A DNA stretch of 64,000 nt, from assembly GCA_026023565.1 (NCBI GenBank), contig JAPETS010000038.1:62001-126000 (forward strand), given 5' to 3'. Positions within the stretch are counted from its first letter, which is position 1, and every line of letters starts with the position of its first letter. Shown here one piece after another: positions 50,508 through 62,935 of the stretch. The position numbers and the translations under genes are program-made. A model generated the notes under the pieces. That model saw nothing but the letters and a program-made list of their open reading frames with translations. It did no database searches and was not told the DNA's origin. This DNA is from Cirrosporium novae-zelandiae (taxonomy: Eukaryota).

Positions 50508-53500
50508 TCAGTCAATGAAAATGACTTCTCTTCCGCCACTTCTTCCACTACCTCCACCCCCGATGCCTCTCCCAAGCTGTGTAGTAGTAGTCGTGGGTAC
50601 CATCGTCATCGTAGCAGTGACCGGTCCAGCATTACTATTTCTTCTCCCTTGTGTTCTCATGTTCCCTTGACCAGCTTCTTTCATCGCTGGCTTATCTATT
50701 TGCATCCGATCAACATCTATGGGCTCTTGGTCATCCTCATCATTACCACTGCAGACCGTGTCCTTCAACCGCCTCAAGAACTTTACTAGATCTTTTCCTT
50801 GACATGCGACCTGTGTCCCGAGAACAGACTGCCCCTTTTCCTTCTTCGAGAATAGCTGTTTCACCTTCTCCTGTGTAGGACTAAGATGCTGCGTTTCTCC
50901 ATTTTCTTGGTGCTGTTGGGATCCTGTAAGTGAGAGGATCTTTGCTAACGAGCCTGCTCCTGTGACCTCCCAAATAATATCGCCTCTGCGGATATTCATT
51001 TGTATATTAAAGATATAGGAGGTTGGATGGGTGCTGTCACCTGCAAAGAAAGTAACCTGGAACCATTCGCTACTGCGGGGGATGACTGAAACTCTGCAGT
51101 CGTCTCTTTCTAGGTCGTCGAAAGCATGCATTATGGATAGGGTGTTTACAAGAAGCATCGCCACTCGTTCAAGCCCCTTATCGCCGTTGTTGAGGTCCTG
51201 AACCAGATAATCCCTGATCCTGAGATGAGGGTTCCCCTCGTCAAACTTCAGATTCATTTTTTCCGCGTTTGGCAAGTCCACAGTCGCGAGATATCGATCA
51301 TTTTTACCATACCCATATTGGAATACCAATCGACTAAAGGCAATCTGTACTGGAACTAACTTTTTCTGTCTAATGACGTTGAAGAAGTCCATCAGACGAG
51401 CAAGGCGATCCAAACGATCAAGAAGTATAGGTATAATATTAGCGCCAAGCGCTAGGCCGATCCGGATGGCGAAATGGCCTGTGTCGGGTTTGAAGACGAG
51501 GCCTTCGGCAGTCTTGCTCTGTAGCTTATGAATATTTGGTATAGCTTCAAGAAGTTTTCCATGCGCGACCATGTGAACCTGGAAAGTATTGTCTTGTGAT
51601 TGTAGAGGAGGTCCACTAAGGCCTATAAATTCGATTTTCATGTTGTTATGAATCCACCTAAGCGCCGGCATCTGAGGCTTAGATGTAGATTTTGGTGGCA
51701 CTTGTTCCTTGGGAAATTCGACGAACAAAACTGGGATTTCCATACGTGGGTTCGGATGAGGTTGAGGTCGTAGAGTAAATTTTTTATTTCTTGACATGAA
51801 CTCATCACAAATGGAGAGGAAAGATATCATAGCTCCCGCAACTATTTCTAGACGACGAAGGAATTCGTAGGTGATTTCAGCTCCGTGGTGTTTGGTACCT
51901 GTTGGGATGTGGTGCACATGGCTTATTTCGAACCTGCTCACCCAAGTTGCAGCTGCTATGGAGAACTTTGGCTTGATAGGCAATTGGGTGCCATTGTCTT
52001 TGAGGTTCACAAGCCAAAATTTATCTTCAGTCATACTCGCAGTATGGGCGATGAGCCAATCCTTATGAAAATACTTCGAGCCTCGAAAAAGGGAGAGTCG
52101 ACAATCATCTTTGCCGAAGAAACGCTTTTTCTCATCAATGTTAGGGGGGGACCATGTGTCTAGCTGGTTCCAGCCTATAGATAGAGCACAGGCTTTAACC
52201 TCCTCCTGTGAAACAGTACGTCTCATTTGGGAAATTAAATTGAATGCATCTTGAGCAACATCCAGCAGACTGTTCACCCTTTGCTCGACCGGAACAACTT
52301 GGGGCCATATGGGGGTAAAAACGAGTCTGCCAGATGTCGGTTCGACTGTGAATTTAACATCCCTCGACCCTGTAAGTCCAAGCTGAACATATGATTCTGC
52401 TCCTTCTGTTTGAGATATAGCTCCGTCTAATGGAAGACGCCCTTTGGAGTATATGGGGGTTTGCTTGAGTTTTTTTGCGATGCTTCTGAGGATATGGCTA
52501 GTGTGGAGAGCGACAATCCGATCCATTGTTCTGTCGAGTGAAAGGTTGATAGTCTCGAATTCCATAGGCTCATCCACGACTTTCTTGCCTTCTCGGTACC
52601 ATTGGAGCTGAAGATATGACACTGGTATCCCTTTACCTTGTCGTCGGCCACTGTTGACGGCGATTTCAATCCAACTTTTTTTACCCGGTCTGTGTAACCA
52701 GTACTGTACAATTAACGTCCGACGGACCAATTCAACTCTAAGTGACCCAGACCAAGGCCCTCGCAACATGTCCCGACCTTGCTTTCGTAGAATATTAAGC
52801 TTCTGGGTCAACACTAGACCATGAAGAAAATCATAACAACGGCTCAATCCTTCTCGTTTCAAAATATCATTGACTCGCATCTCAATTTCGTTTCGTATCC
52901 TGCCGGCAGGGAAAGTAATCGTTGACGGAGTAAACAAAAATCTGAAGTCAATGAAGTAATATTGCGACGATAGATCTTCATCGGCGATTGAGAGATCAAT
53001 TTCAAATTCACCAGTAATCTTAAACGTCACGCGGCCGTCCTTTATTGAAAACTGTCGCAAATGTTCGGGTATGTGATCCCATTCATGGAGATATAGTCGG
53101 ATGTGCAGTAGTGAGTTCATGTGCTGTAGCGCTTTAAGAATTTCTGGAGTATCGAGTTCATCCGTTTTGATATAGTTGAGCTGCGATTTGTTAGCAGAAG
53201 ACATTTATAAGCCAATCACTAGCCATACATTTGGAAATCCAGCTACATCCCCACTCGATAATACTTCTACTGCGATTGGAATATCAGGATTTGGCACCTT
53301 CGCATCTGCCAGACCTGCCTTTATGTGGGCTATCCAGAATAGTGCTTCATCATAAAGCATCCTCTGCTTGTCGAGGAATAGCTTGATATCGATTACTTTG
53401 CTGACATCTCTGGCTCCGCGACTCCATTTCGACAGTACTAGGATTTTTATAAACTCCGCTCTCTTTTCCTGCGCGAACTCAAGTAGCCGTACTTTTTTAT

Positions 53501-53876
53501 TAACGTTGGCTGTGGCTCCCGCATTCCCATTGGTAGCATAGCTCACAGGCATTTCCGACATTTCATCGATGAGATGGGTGAGTTCTTCAAAGGTGGTTTG
53601 GGCAGTTCTGTTAATTAACTTGGACAACGGCTGAAAATTTTGAACAATATGTTCGATCTCATCGGGAAGACGATTGTGCTGTACCGCTGGTGGGGTTGAT
53701 AGGTTGGCCGCCATCTGGGGAGAATTGTCGCTCTCGTGGATGCCGTTGGCAAGTTTTGAAATGCCATTTGGTAGATGGGGTTGAGGTTTCTTCACTCCAT
53801 TTCCGAAGGAGGGCTCTGCATCATGAATGGAATATCTGCCGCGCCCTTCATCTTGCTCCATAATTATCCCCGGCAT
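50508..53876 (-). CDS. MED14: Mediator subunit Med14 (Rgr1)
   Basis: MPGIIM start, KKVRLLEFAQEKRAEFIKILVLSKWS, AKVPNPDI..AVEVL and FSIKDGRVTFKITGEFEIDLSIADED...YYFIDFRFLF. Intron at ~53180-53229. Confidence 0.93.
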
Positions 53877-55428
53877 CTCATTCCCTTCGCGCCACTTCTC
53901 CTTCACCTCCAACTCCGTCTCCTTGGATATCGACTTTGCGTCGGCCAAAATTTTGTCAAAAGGTGATATAGATGTCACTTCCCACAGAGGGATCGCGGTG
54001 GTGAGATTTAAAGATTTCCGTCGCTCTAATTGGATATGTTCGACTGGGAAAGCTGTTGGTCAATGACTAAGGCTGAGAGTGGTAGAGTTCAAGATTTGTG
54101 TTGACGGGGGAAGAATTGAATAAAAAGAGCTTTATTTGAGCGATATTAGATAAGCGCGAGTTCTATGAGATGACGCGATTAGGGATCAAGTGGACATTCA
54201 ATTAAGATTCACTATTATATATTGTTTCATTGGTATTTTCCGATGCTCATCGAGTCTCGAAAGTGGCAGGGTCTTCGGTTTTGAGACGACAGCAGGGATG
54301 CTGGTGAGTAGGCGGTTACTGAGAATCAAAGGCAGTTGAGTTCGATCAGAGACCACTGATGATGACGAGGCGGAGGTAAGTTCCAGACAAAGAGTAGGAA
54401 AGGTTGTGTCTAGGAGTGGATGGTTGAATAGTTAGATGGGAGAGAGCTGGAGCAAGTGATACAAGTTGGAGGGTGGAAGGTGGAGGGGTGCGACGGGTTT
54501 GGGCTGAAAGAAATAATAGACTCAAGGCACATCGGCGGCATTTTCCATGGGGGGGAAAGTTTGATGGTAGTTGAGTTGAGTCGGGGTACGGAGAGTTGTA
54601 GCACCCAGTCAGTTTCTTGATGATTTGTATGTCTGGTTCATTTTTAAAATTGAGCTTTATGGTTAACTAGACGATTTATTAATTATTTCATTGCCCTGTC
54701 ATTTCTCTTGATTAACTATTTTGATGAAAACTGTTGGAGTTGATCATCTGGTGGATTGATTGATGATGATGATAGATATTTGGCAGTCAGTGACATCCAC
54801 CCATACGCAACGTACGTTTGTTTAATTAATAAATGGAAGCTTTATTATTTAGCTAGTAATTAAGCAAGACAAGAGAAGACAGCAAATACAGTATGTAAGT
54901 AATTAATGATACCATACTATTTGTCGTGTCGTGTCGTTGTCGTGTTGTTTGGTTTGCAACTGTGGAACTTATATCTGGGTTGTCACACGCGTATGATACC
55001 AGTACTACATGTTTGTAATGTACTTGGTAATTGTAATAAAGATCTATGGGTCAAACAGCTATTGTGTACAGTCTACTACTAAAGGAGGAGAAGGTCCAAA
55101 CAGCCAGCTATCTGCCCCACGCTGATGCAGTCCCCTTGAAATCCTGGAAATCAAATAAATGATCCAAAAGGCCTGTACTTTTCAAACAAAAAAAATATAT
55201 TAATATCTGAGTATTCTGTGCTCAATACTTCTTTGGTACTAAAACAATGAATTATCCTATAAGAAATCGTTAAAATATTCCCTTATGAATCCCGTTTGAT
55301 GTTCATCCATTAACTTACCCCCATTAACCCCCATCACCCCCCCCCCTCCCCCCCCCCCCCCCAAAACTGCCCATTCATCCCCCCCAAAATCGCCTCCTCT
55401 CATCCGTCTCGTCTTCTTCAGTGAACAC

Positions 55429-57679
55429 ATGGTTCGTTCCTCGGTTCCACTTGCTTTTTCACTATTTCGTCTTTGACTTCCAACTTCCCACTTAAACTAA
55501 CAAACAATAAATGTTTTTCTTACTCTTATTTTCTTTTCTTCCTTCCTTCTTTCTATCCAAAATCAACTCCTTCTGATTTCAATCATTAATATGTAATATG
55601 TCTTGATTAAAGGCCCCTCGCCATGAGCTTCCACCCTTGCGTCCCTTGCGTCCACCGCTTCCTACCGATCAAATTTCCATCGCCAAAGCTTCTATTCTTT
55701 CACCATCTCCCTCCTCCGAAGCCGATGACGAGGGCTCTCTTTCTGATCAACTAAGTATGGATAACGAATCTATTAATTCTCGCCAAGGAGCTATTCCTCC
55801 TCACTATTCTGATGAGGATACGAGATTGACGAGCAAGAAGGAGCTTGCAGGATGGTATAGTTATGGATGGGCCTCAGAAGTCTTCGTTGTTTGCGGTGTG
55901 GGTATGTAACCACAAAATAAATCACCATGGGAAAGGAATAATCTTGATTGACCTTTCAAAGGATCCTTCATTCCCATTACCCTCGAACAACTTGCACGAG
56001 AAAATGGAGTGCTACTATCCGACAAAATTACACCATGCCAGAGCAGCTATCAAACATCGGTTCCTTCCATGTCACCATTCATGACGGATGGACACTCCCG
56101 GCCGACGACAGAACAATGTATTGTCTATATCCTCGGGACTGAAATTAATACTGCCAGCTTTGCAATGTATACATTTTCAATAAGTGTATTATTTCAGGCA
56201 TTACTCATCATCTCCATGTCCGGAGCTGCCGACCATGGCCATTCCCGCAAGAGCTTTCTCTTGATTACGGCATTTATTGGAGCTATCAGTACCATGTTAT
56301 TTCTGCCTGTATCACCAGAAATCTACCTTTTTGGTGCCCTCTTCGCCATTATCGCAAACACCTGTTATGGTGCATCTAGCGTCCTTCTCAACTCCTTCCT
56401 CCCTCTACTTGTTCGCCATCACCCATCAGTTCAAGAGCCCGAGGATGATGCGCCTGACTATTTCGCTCGCGCTGGCCGAGGCATGTCACATGGAAATATG
56501 GCCGGTGGAACATTTCGAAGAGATTCATATTATGGAGAAACGGCCTCAATTACTCCTCTGCTAGCTGACCGTGAACCAAGGATTTCCCCCTCTACCGAAC
56601 CAAGCATGACTTCGGTTGAGCTCTCGCTATCTACACGAATATCTTCAACGGGTGTTGGAATCGGATATATTGCTGCTGTAGTTGTACAATCTTTTTGCAT
56701 ATTCATTGTCGTTGTTACTCACTCTACTGTCTTCTCGCTACGCCTGGCACTCTTTATTGTAGGACTATGGTGGCTTATTTTCACTGTTCCACCTGCTCTA
56801 TGGTTGCGACCACGGCCTGGCCCTCCGCTTCGCCTCCCGAACCGTTCCAAGGACTCAGAGCCTTCCACAGTAGCTTACATAACTCACGCCTGGACTACCC
56901 TTTTCCATACCCTTATGCGTGCTCGCCGCCTTCTCGACATGGTTCTCTTCCTCCTAGCTTGGTTTCTTCTCTCCGATGGAATTGCAACAGTAACAGGTAC
57001 AGCAGTCCTCTTTGCGAAAACCACGCTTTCAATGCCACCAGCATCACTTGCCCTCATCAACATTATTGCTACTCTTACCGGCGTTCTCGGTGCTTTCTCC
57101 TTCTCTCAGCTCACTTCACACTACAACATCCCCGCCAACCGGACTCTCTCTGCCTGCATCGCTCTGATGCTCCTCATTCCACTCTACGGCCTTCTCCCGT
57201 ATATTCCAGCAATTAAGCGCCTGACTTGGCTCGGCCTTCAACACCCCATCGAAATGTATCCATTAGCTGCTATCTACGGGTTCGCAATTGGTGGTGTCTC
57301 ATCACATGCCCGGTCTGTTTTTGGCGAATTGATTCCACCTGGAAATGAAGCGGCGTTCTATGCGCTCTTTGCCATTACAGATAAAGGGAGCAGTGTGTTT
57401 GGACCAGCGATTGTGGCAGCGATAACTGACCGGTTTGGGAGCATCAGACCAGCATTTCTGTTCCTGGCAGTCCTGTTGATAGTGCCATTGCCCTTGATGG
57501 CTATGGTGGATGTTGAGAGGGGGAGGAATGATGCAAGGGCTCTAGTGGTTGATTTAGAAGGAGATGAAATTGGGGGTGTGCACGAAAATGGACGTGCAGG
57601 TGTATTTGATTATGGTACAATTGGAGAAGCAGATGGAGAAACAGACGAAGAAATAGATCCAAGAACGATCATAGATTAA
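55429..57679 (+). CDS. ATG22: Vacuolar amino-acid effluxer Atg22 (MFS)
   Basis: [62 protein letters not shown], and [17 protein letters not shown]. The start is inferred as an ATG-only first exon at 55429 with intron 55432-55612; an alternative ATG is at 55757. Confidence 0.93.
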
Positions 57680-58257
57680 GCATGGGTACGGCGTCAACAA
57701 CTCACTTTGGTTGACGTTTATTTTGGTTCAGGATGAAAATGGCCGGAACCTATTGGTGTTAAATTTGGTTGGAGATCTATCGTGTGAATCCAGAGCATGT
57801 GCGAAGGAGTTTTAGGAAGCATTACGTACAAATGGAGTTGATGCAATCATTGACTCCACTATAGTTAGCCCAATTAATGCGCTTTGGCTGATATTGCAGT
57901 TCATCTAGTAATGGTTTTCTGTAGCCTATTTAGTCTATCGACGTATAGACTAGCTGACTGATAGGTACGTTTTGTGTACGGGCGTATGTATGTATGTAAT
58001 ATAAATCTAGTAAAATTATAATAATACCAAGATATCTTCTAAGGTCCGTCTTTATGATGTTTCGTCTTTCTACCCGCCCAACCAACTAACCATCATGGGA
58101 TGTCCTAATCGTTTATGGTATAATATGGTATACTTCCCAATAACATACCTAAGGTCCTTATATCCTTATTATTTTTCTCTCCTTTTCCTTATCTTGTATC
58201 ATCATCATCATCATCATCTATCTATACCATCCCACCCCACTCCATCCAGTTCCCATC

Positions 58258-60021
58258 TCAAAAGCTCCTAGCAAGCTTACTCATCTTCCTAAGCTGCAGT
58301 CCATAGAAATACAAAATATACACCAGGGCGACGATGGAGAGGGACACGAAGCCCAGGGTGGCCATGGCCCAGGTGGTGCTCATGTTTTCGAACATGATAA
58401 TGCCGATGTGTGCGAAGGCGGCGGCGATGGCGAAGGATGGGATCACGAAGGCGGCGATTGCGCTTGCGGCTACGTTGGGGTAGGCGTCTGTATGGCGTTA
58501 GTGGGTTGTGGGATGCGATGGGGTGGGGTGGGTTTGGGTAGTTACCTGTGATGTAGTTCAACATGCCCAGATACAACAACGGGTCGGAAAACCCGAGTAA
58601 TGTTCCTGCGATGACGGGCGACCAGTACGAGGTTTTGCCGTTAGACGTGAAACCGAACCAGAGTAAGGAGATGGGGAATCCCCACACCGCGACCAGGGAG
58701 GTTAAGAAACGAGCTTCAGGCCGGACGTGGCCGTGCTTGAGGCGATCGCGTTTAAAAAAGTAGGTCTGCACTGGCATGAAGCAGAACATGATTGTAACGC
58801 CGACGATGAAATTCAGGTATGTCAGATCGGCTTCAATATAGCTGAGCCCGTTATTTACAGCGAAGACGTCGAATACACCGTCGAGGTACAGGAAGAGCAA
58901 GCCGTATGCGAAGCCGTTGTAGATGGCTAGGAAGGTGACAATAGGTTCGAATAGCATGATGCGGAATGCCATTGTGGTAACGAAGCGAATCTCGTTGAGA
59001 ATTGCGAGACTGGTCTGTGTGACGGCGAGCTCGTTGGCGTCGGTAGTCCCACGACTCTTGACAGCTCTGGAGATGACAACCCGTGGAAGAGTTTCGGGGA
59101 CGAAGCAGAGTCCGAAGGCGAAGACGCCGCCGATTATGACACTGTGAGGGGGGAATATGTTAGTGATGGATGTTTTCAGAGCTCTGGCGCGCACATAAGA
59201 TGCGCGTAGAGTTTCGTCTCTTACTTGATCCAGAATATCCAGGGTAAGCCCATATTTGCATTATCCGCAATCCATTCACCGATTGGGGAGCCGAGAGAGG
59301 GTCCTGCATTTGCAGCCCAGACGAACAGAGCCATAGCCTGACCAGCTTCATCCGAGTGTCCGAATAGATCGGCAATGGTGCCAGCGACGTTGGAAACTGC
59401 AGTGCTGCCGGCGGTTCCAGAAAGGAATTGGAATATGATGAGCATGGGAAGGTTCTTTGGCAGCGCACAACCCTATATAACATCAGCAGGGAATCTTTAG
59501 GCTGCTGTTGTATGATAAGAGGAGCTCACAATGTTGATGAGAGCAAAACAAAGTATTGAGCCCGAGTATACCCATTTGCGTCCACCTATATCACTTCCAA
59601 TAGTTAGGGACAAATTTCATGGGTAACTTTTCCATGGACGCAATACTCACGATAAGGGTCCCAGAAACGCAGGCCCGATTGCGGTCCCTACAATGAACAT
59701 AGATTGACCCAAGGTGACGACCTGCACATTTGAAGTATTGAATTTTTCTTCAATCAGGAACTCGGCGGAAACATAACTTGTCGAGGTGATGGTAACGAAA
59801 ACCTGTAGCAAGCAGTAGATTGCCGTAATAACCCATTTCTTCCATGCTGGCCAGTGGAGAGGGTGGTCAGGATCGTCTTCATTAACTAGCTGAAGGATAT
59901 CGATGGCCGACTCCTCAACTTTCTCTGTCGTCACATGGTGAAGACCATTATCGAGCGTCTTTTCTCCCTTCTCAGCGTCGGGAGAGCTCTGAATGGCCTT
60001 TTCTTCAGAGTTAGAGTCCAT
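58258..60021 (-). CDS. MFS transporter, DHA1 (12-spanner) family
   Basis: DDPDHPLHWPAWKKW, FLGPLS|DIGGRKWVY, GTIADLF, GPSLGSPIG, CFVPETLP, LLFEPIV-like MLFEPIV and RPEARF. Four introns. Confidence 0.9.
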
Positions 60022-60175
60022 GGCAACGGGGGGAAGCAAGGAAGAAAAAATAAAAGAAAAAAGGACAGGACGAACACGAGGAGAAGAAAGTTCGTCAAGG
60101 AGAAAAAGAAGGAATTAGATGGTATATAGTTCTCCATAGTGGGAACATGAGACCCGATACCCGATCAATACGGTA

Positions 60176-60942
60176 TTATCTACTGGACATCATTGATCCA
60201 AAACAATTTGTCGTATTCTAGCTTATCAGAACTGAAAGGTGTGACGGCGACAAAGGTCGGACATATCAGTAATAAGTCTGGTAGTCATGGATAATCCATC
60301 CCATTATCTTTCAATTTCAGTCAATAAGCAGCCAGATTAAAAGCAAGCAGAGATAAGCAAATGAAGAAGTTCTTGAAAGGAGATCAATCAGTGGTCCTTG
60401 CTTGGTGCCTGCTTAGTTCCCTGTTGAATCCTTCAAGCCGGTTCGTAACAAGACCAACCATCTTGGTTGACCTGAGGTTGCAGTGCTTGGGGTTGAATAA
60501 TGGGTTTCGGGATTACCGTTAATACGCTAATACGCCATGGGTTGGTGGCAGGTGTGGATGTGGTGTGGATGTGATGTGGGTCTTATCGGATTGTCGGGTC
60601 CAGGTGGTCATCATGCATGTCAAACAAACACCACAAATATTTACTCGAGGACCTGCTTGAGAGTCTTGACAAGCAATTTGGCAAATGCTTGACTTCATGT
60701 CCTCTTCAGGTACTAAATACACTACTCTTCAAGGTCTTTTTCGTGTTTGCTTTTACAGCAAACATACCAAACAACAACAAACAACTTTGATATTTAGACT
60801 CTCATGGACATTGCCGCAGATTTTGTGGGACAACAAAAACCTTAACTAACCCACACCATCATTCCAGTTCCCATATCATCCATTCAACCCCCACCCCATT
60901 AGTGGGTTGATCCCCTTCCAAGTACAAAACTTTCACTGATAA
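60176..60942. promoter_or_regulatory. Cluster of HGATAR (GATA-factor) sites in the divergent MFS / 5-FCL-like promoter
   Basis: Sites at 60176, 60223, 60304, 60351, 60583 and 60937, four of them within ~180 bp. Confidence 0.5.
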
Positions 60943-61007
60943 TAATTCTTGTTACGTCTCCTTCCAACAGAGCTAGATTTCACTGTTGTAGCAGTACACC
61001 TTTAACA

Positions 61008-61793
61008 ATGTCTTATCGTCGAAATTCACCCCCTCCCCAGCTAGAGACCAAATCTGCAGTTCGTGAAAAAGTATGGAAAGAGCTACGAAAAGTCGCTCGT
61101 CCTGATTCAAGATTCCATTTTGATTTTGCCGAGTTCATTGCCGATTTTGAAGGCTCTGATCAAGCTGTCAATCGTTTTACCAGCCTTGACTGGTACAAAA
61201 CAGCCCAGATTATATTCATTACTCCAGACAACTGCCTCGAAGGCCTTCGCCTGGCCGCTCTTAAGGATGGCAAGCGAATTCTCATGACCACATATGCCAT
61301 ACGAAGGGGTTTCTGGCTAATCGACCCGAAAACAATACCTGTCGAACATTATCAGTATGCTGCGACCTTGGATGGTATGGAGAAGTTTGGTCGACCTATA
61401 AAGCTTGTTGAAATCATCAAAGAGACTCTGACGGTTGATTTGATGGTCACTGGTACTGGTGCAATCAACGCTGATGGAATCAGATTTGGTAAAGGTCACG
61501 GCTTCTTTGATCTGGAATGGGCTATGCTCTATAGCATTGGTGCCATCAGTACTGAAACCCACACAGCTGCTATTATTCATGATTGTCAGCTCTTAACAGA
61601 GCGGCTGATCCCTGAAACATTTGACACTGTTTGTGATGTTGTAGTCACCCCAACTCAAGTCTTACAAACAGGAAAACCACACAAGCCAGATTGTGGTATA
61701 TTATGGGATAAGCTAGCCCCGGGCATGTTGGCGAGTATTCCCCCGTTGCAGGAACTCAAGAGCATTATATTGGGCCATAAGATGTCAACTTAA
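61008..61793 (+). CDS. 5-formyltetrahydrofolate cyclo-ligase paralog (COG0212/MTHFSD-like), intronless
   Basis: K..VREKVW..L, FIADFEGS, IFITPDNCL..LR..AL.DGK, VDLMVTGTGAIN..GIRFGKGHGFFDLEWAML, IHDCQL and FDTVCDVVVTPT. Confidence 0.85.
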   Translation: MSYRRNSPPPQLETKSAVREKVWKELRKVARPDSRFHFDFAEFIADFEGSDQAVNRFTSLDWYKTAQIIFITPDNCLEGLRLAALKDGKRILMTTYAIRRGFWLIDPKTIPVEHYQYAATLDGMEKFGRPIKLVEIIKETLTVDLMVTGTGAINADGIRFGKGHGFFDLEWAMLYSIGAISTETHTAAIIHDCQLLTERLIPETFDTVCDVVVTPTQVLQTGKPHKPDCGILWDKLAPGMLASIPPLQELKSIILGHKMST

Positions 61794-61845
61794 TTTAGTC
61801 TCATCAGATAGTCAAAAGTTTCATATGCACATCATTACCAGGCGC

Positions 61846-62415
61846 CTAGCTTCTCTTTATACCTCTGGCTGCTCTAGTTTTACTCCAATATACATCAGCC
61901 TCCTCCATAACTATCCTGTCTAATCCTTCCACCGGTCCAATTATCTGAATATCCTTTTGCGGTGTTTTCTCGTCGCTCAGAATCTCTTTGGTGTGCCATT
62001 TCATGGTAAAATTCTCATCATTTCCAGGGCCCGTCAGCTCCTCTAGCTGGTCGTTCGATGCTGCAAAGACAACTCGTCCAATATTTGCCCAATATATAGT
62101 CGCAGAGCACATTGCGCAAGGCTCCCAGGTCGAATAGAGTGTGCATTGCCATAAATATGGTTGTGTGAAATGGCTGGATGCTAGCCGTGCAAGACTTGCC
62201 TCAGCATGATTGACGTGATCAACAGACTGGTGTGTGAGAAGAACAGTGGTATTATCTGGTCCAACAAGGACTCCAGCGAATGGGCGTTTCCCTTGAGTGA
62301 GAGCACGTCTCTGTACCGTTAAACAGGCATCAATCCCGGCTTTCATCTGAGACTCAGTTGGCAACGGTGGACGTTCTGGAAAAAACGTGGATTTGGGAGA
62401 CACTGTATCAGACAT
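61846..62415 (-). CDS. Zn-dependent cytidine/deoxycytidylate deaminase-superfamily protein (GuaD/TadA-like fold), intronless
   Basis: RPFAGVLVGP, HAE, LYSTWEPCAMCSATIYWANIGRVVFA. Confidence 0.9.
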   Translation of the reverse strand: MSDTVSPKSTFFPERPPLPTESQMKAGIDACLTVQRRALTQGKRPFAGVLVGPDNTTVLLTHQSVDHVNHAEASLARLASSHFTQPYLWQCTLYSTWEPCAMCSATIYWANIGRVVFAASNDQLEELTGPGNDENFTMKWHTKEILSDEKTPQKDIQIIGPVEGLDRIVMEEADVYWSKTRAARGIKRS

Positions 62416-62674
62416 TTTGAGTATGACGACTTGAGAGTCAATTGAATCTAATAGTAATCAATTATAAGTAATTGAAGAAATAATTAAATGAAGAAACTGC
62501 AGATTAGCTTTCTTAAGAATGGGGTAAACCCTGAGAGGCTAACAAACGGTCATCTCCGAATATCGCAAGTCGTAGATGATAAGCATACTTGGTAGTTTAT
62601 GCAATTGATTGGTCTCGAATAGTAAAATAGGAGGTGAGCTGGCTATTCCATGATGAGGAATAGGAGTTAATACC

Positions 62675-62731
62675 GTCGTGCGTGTCGTGCGTGTCGTGCG
62701 TGTCGTGCGTGTCGTGCCTGTTGTGCGCGTG
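62675..62731. repeat. 9-bp tandem repeat (GTCGTGCGT)n in the deaminase/UNG1 divergent promoter
   Basis: Four perfect units plus degenerate units. Confidence 0.9.
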
Positions 62732-62935
62732 TACCTGGTAATTTTGCTATGTTTGCATACTCCCAACCTCGTGAACGCGCTCGGCAATCTATCTCGAGCG
62801 TGAGACGCGACTTGCTGCCTGGGATCGTGTCATTCATATATATATATGCAGTTTCGACGCAATCTTGTAAAACAGTCATCCACCATTCTTCATTATACTC
62901 AAGCAGAACCAATTCAATCTATCAATTTCTTCACA

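Noticed and set aside
60022..61007. Searched for a TPP riboswitch upstream of the MFS / COG0212-like pair
   Set aside because: No UGAGA plus CUUGAU..GAUAAU consensus was found on either strand, so the thiamine link has no riboswitch support.
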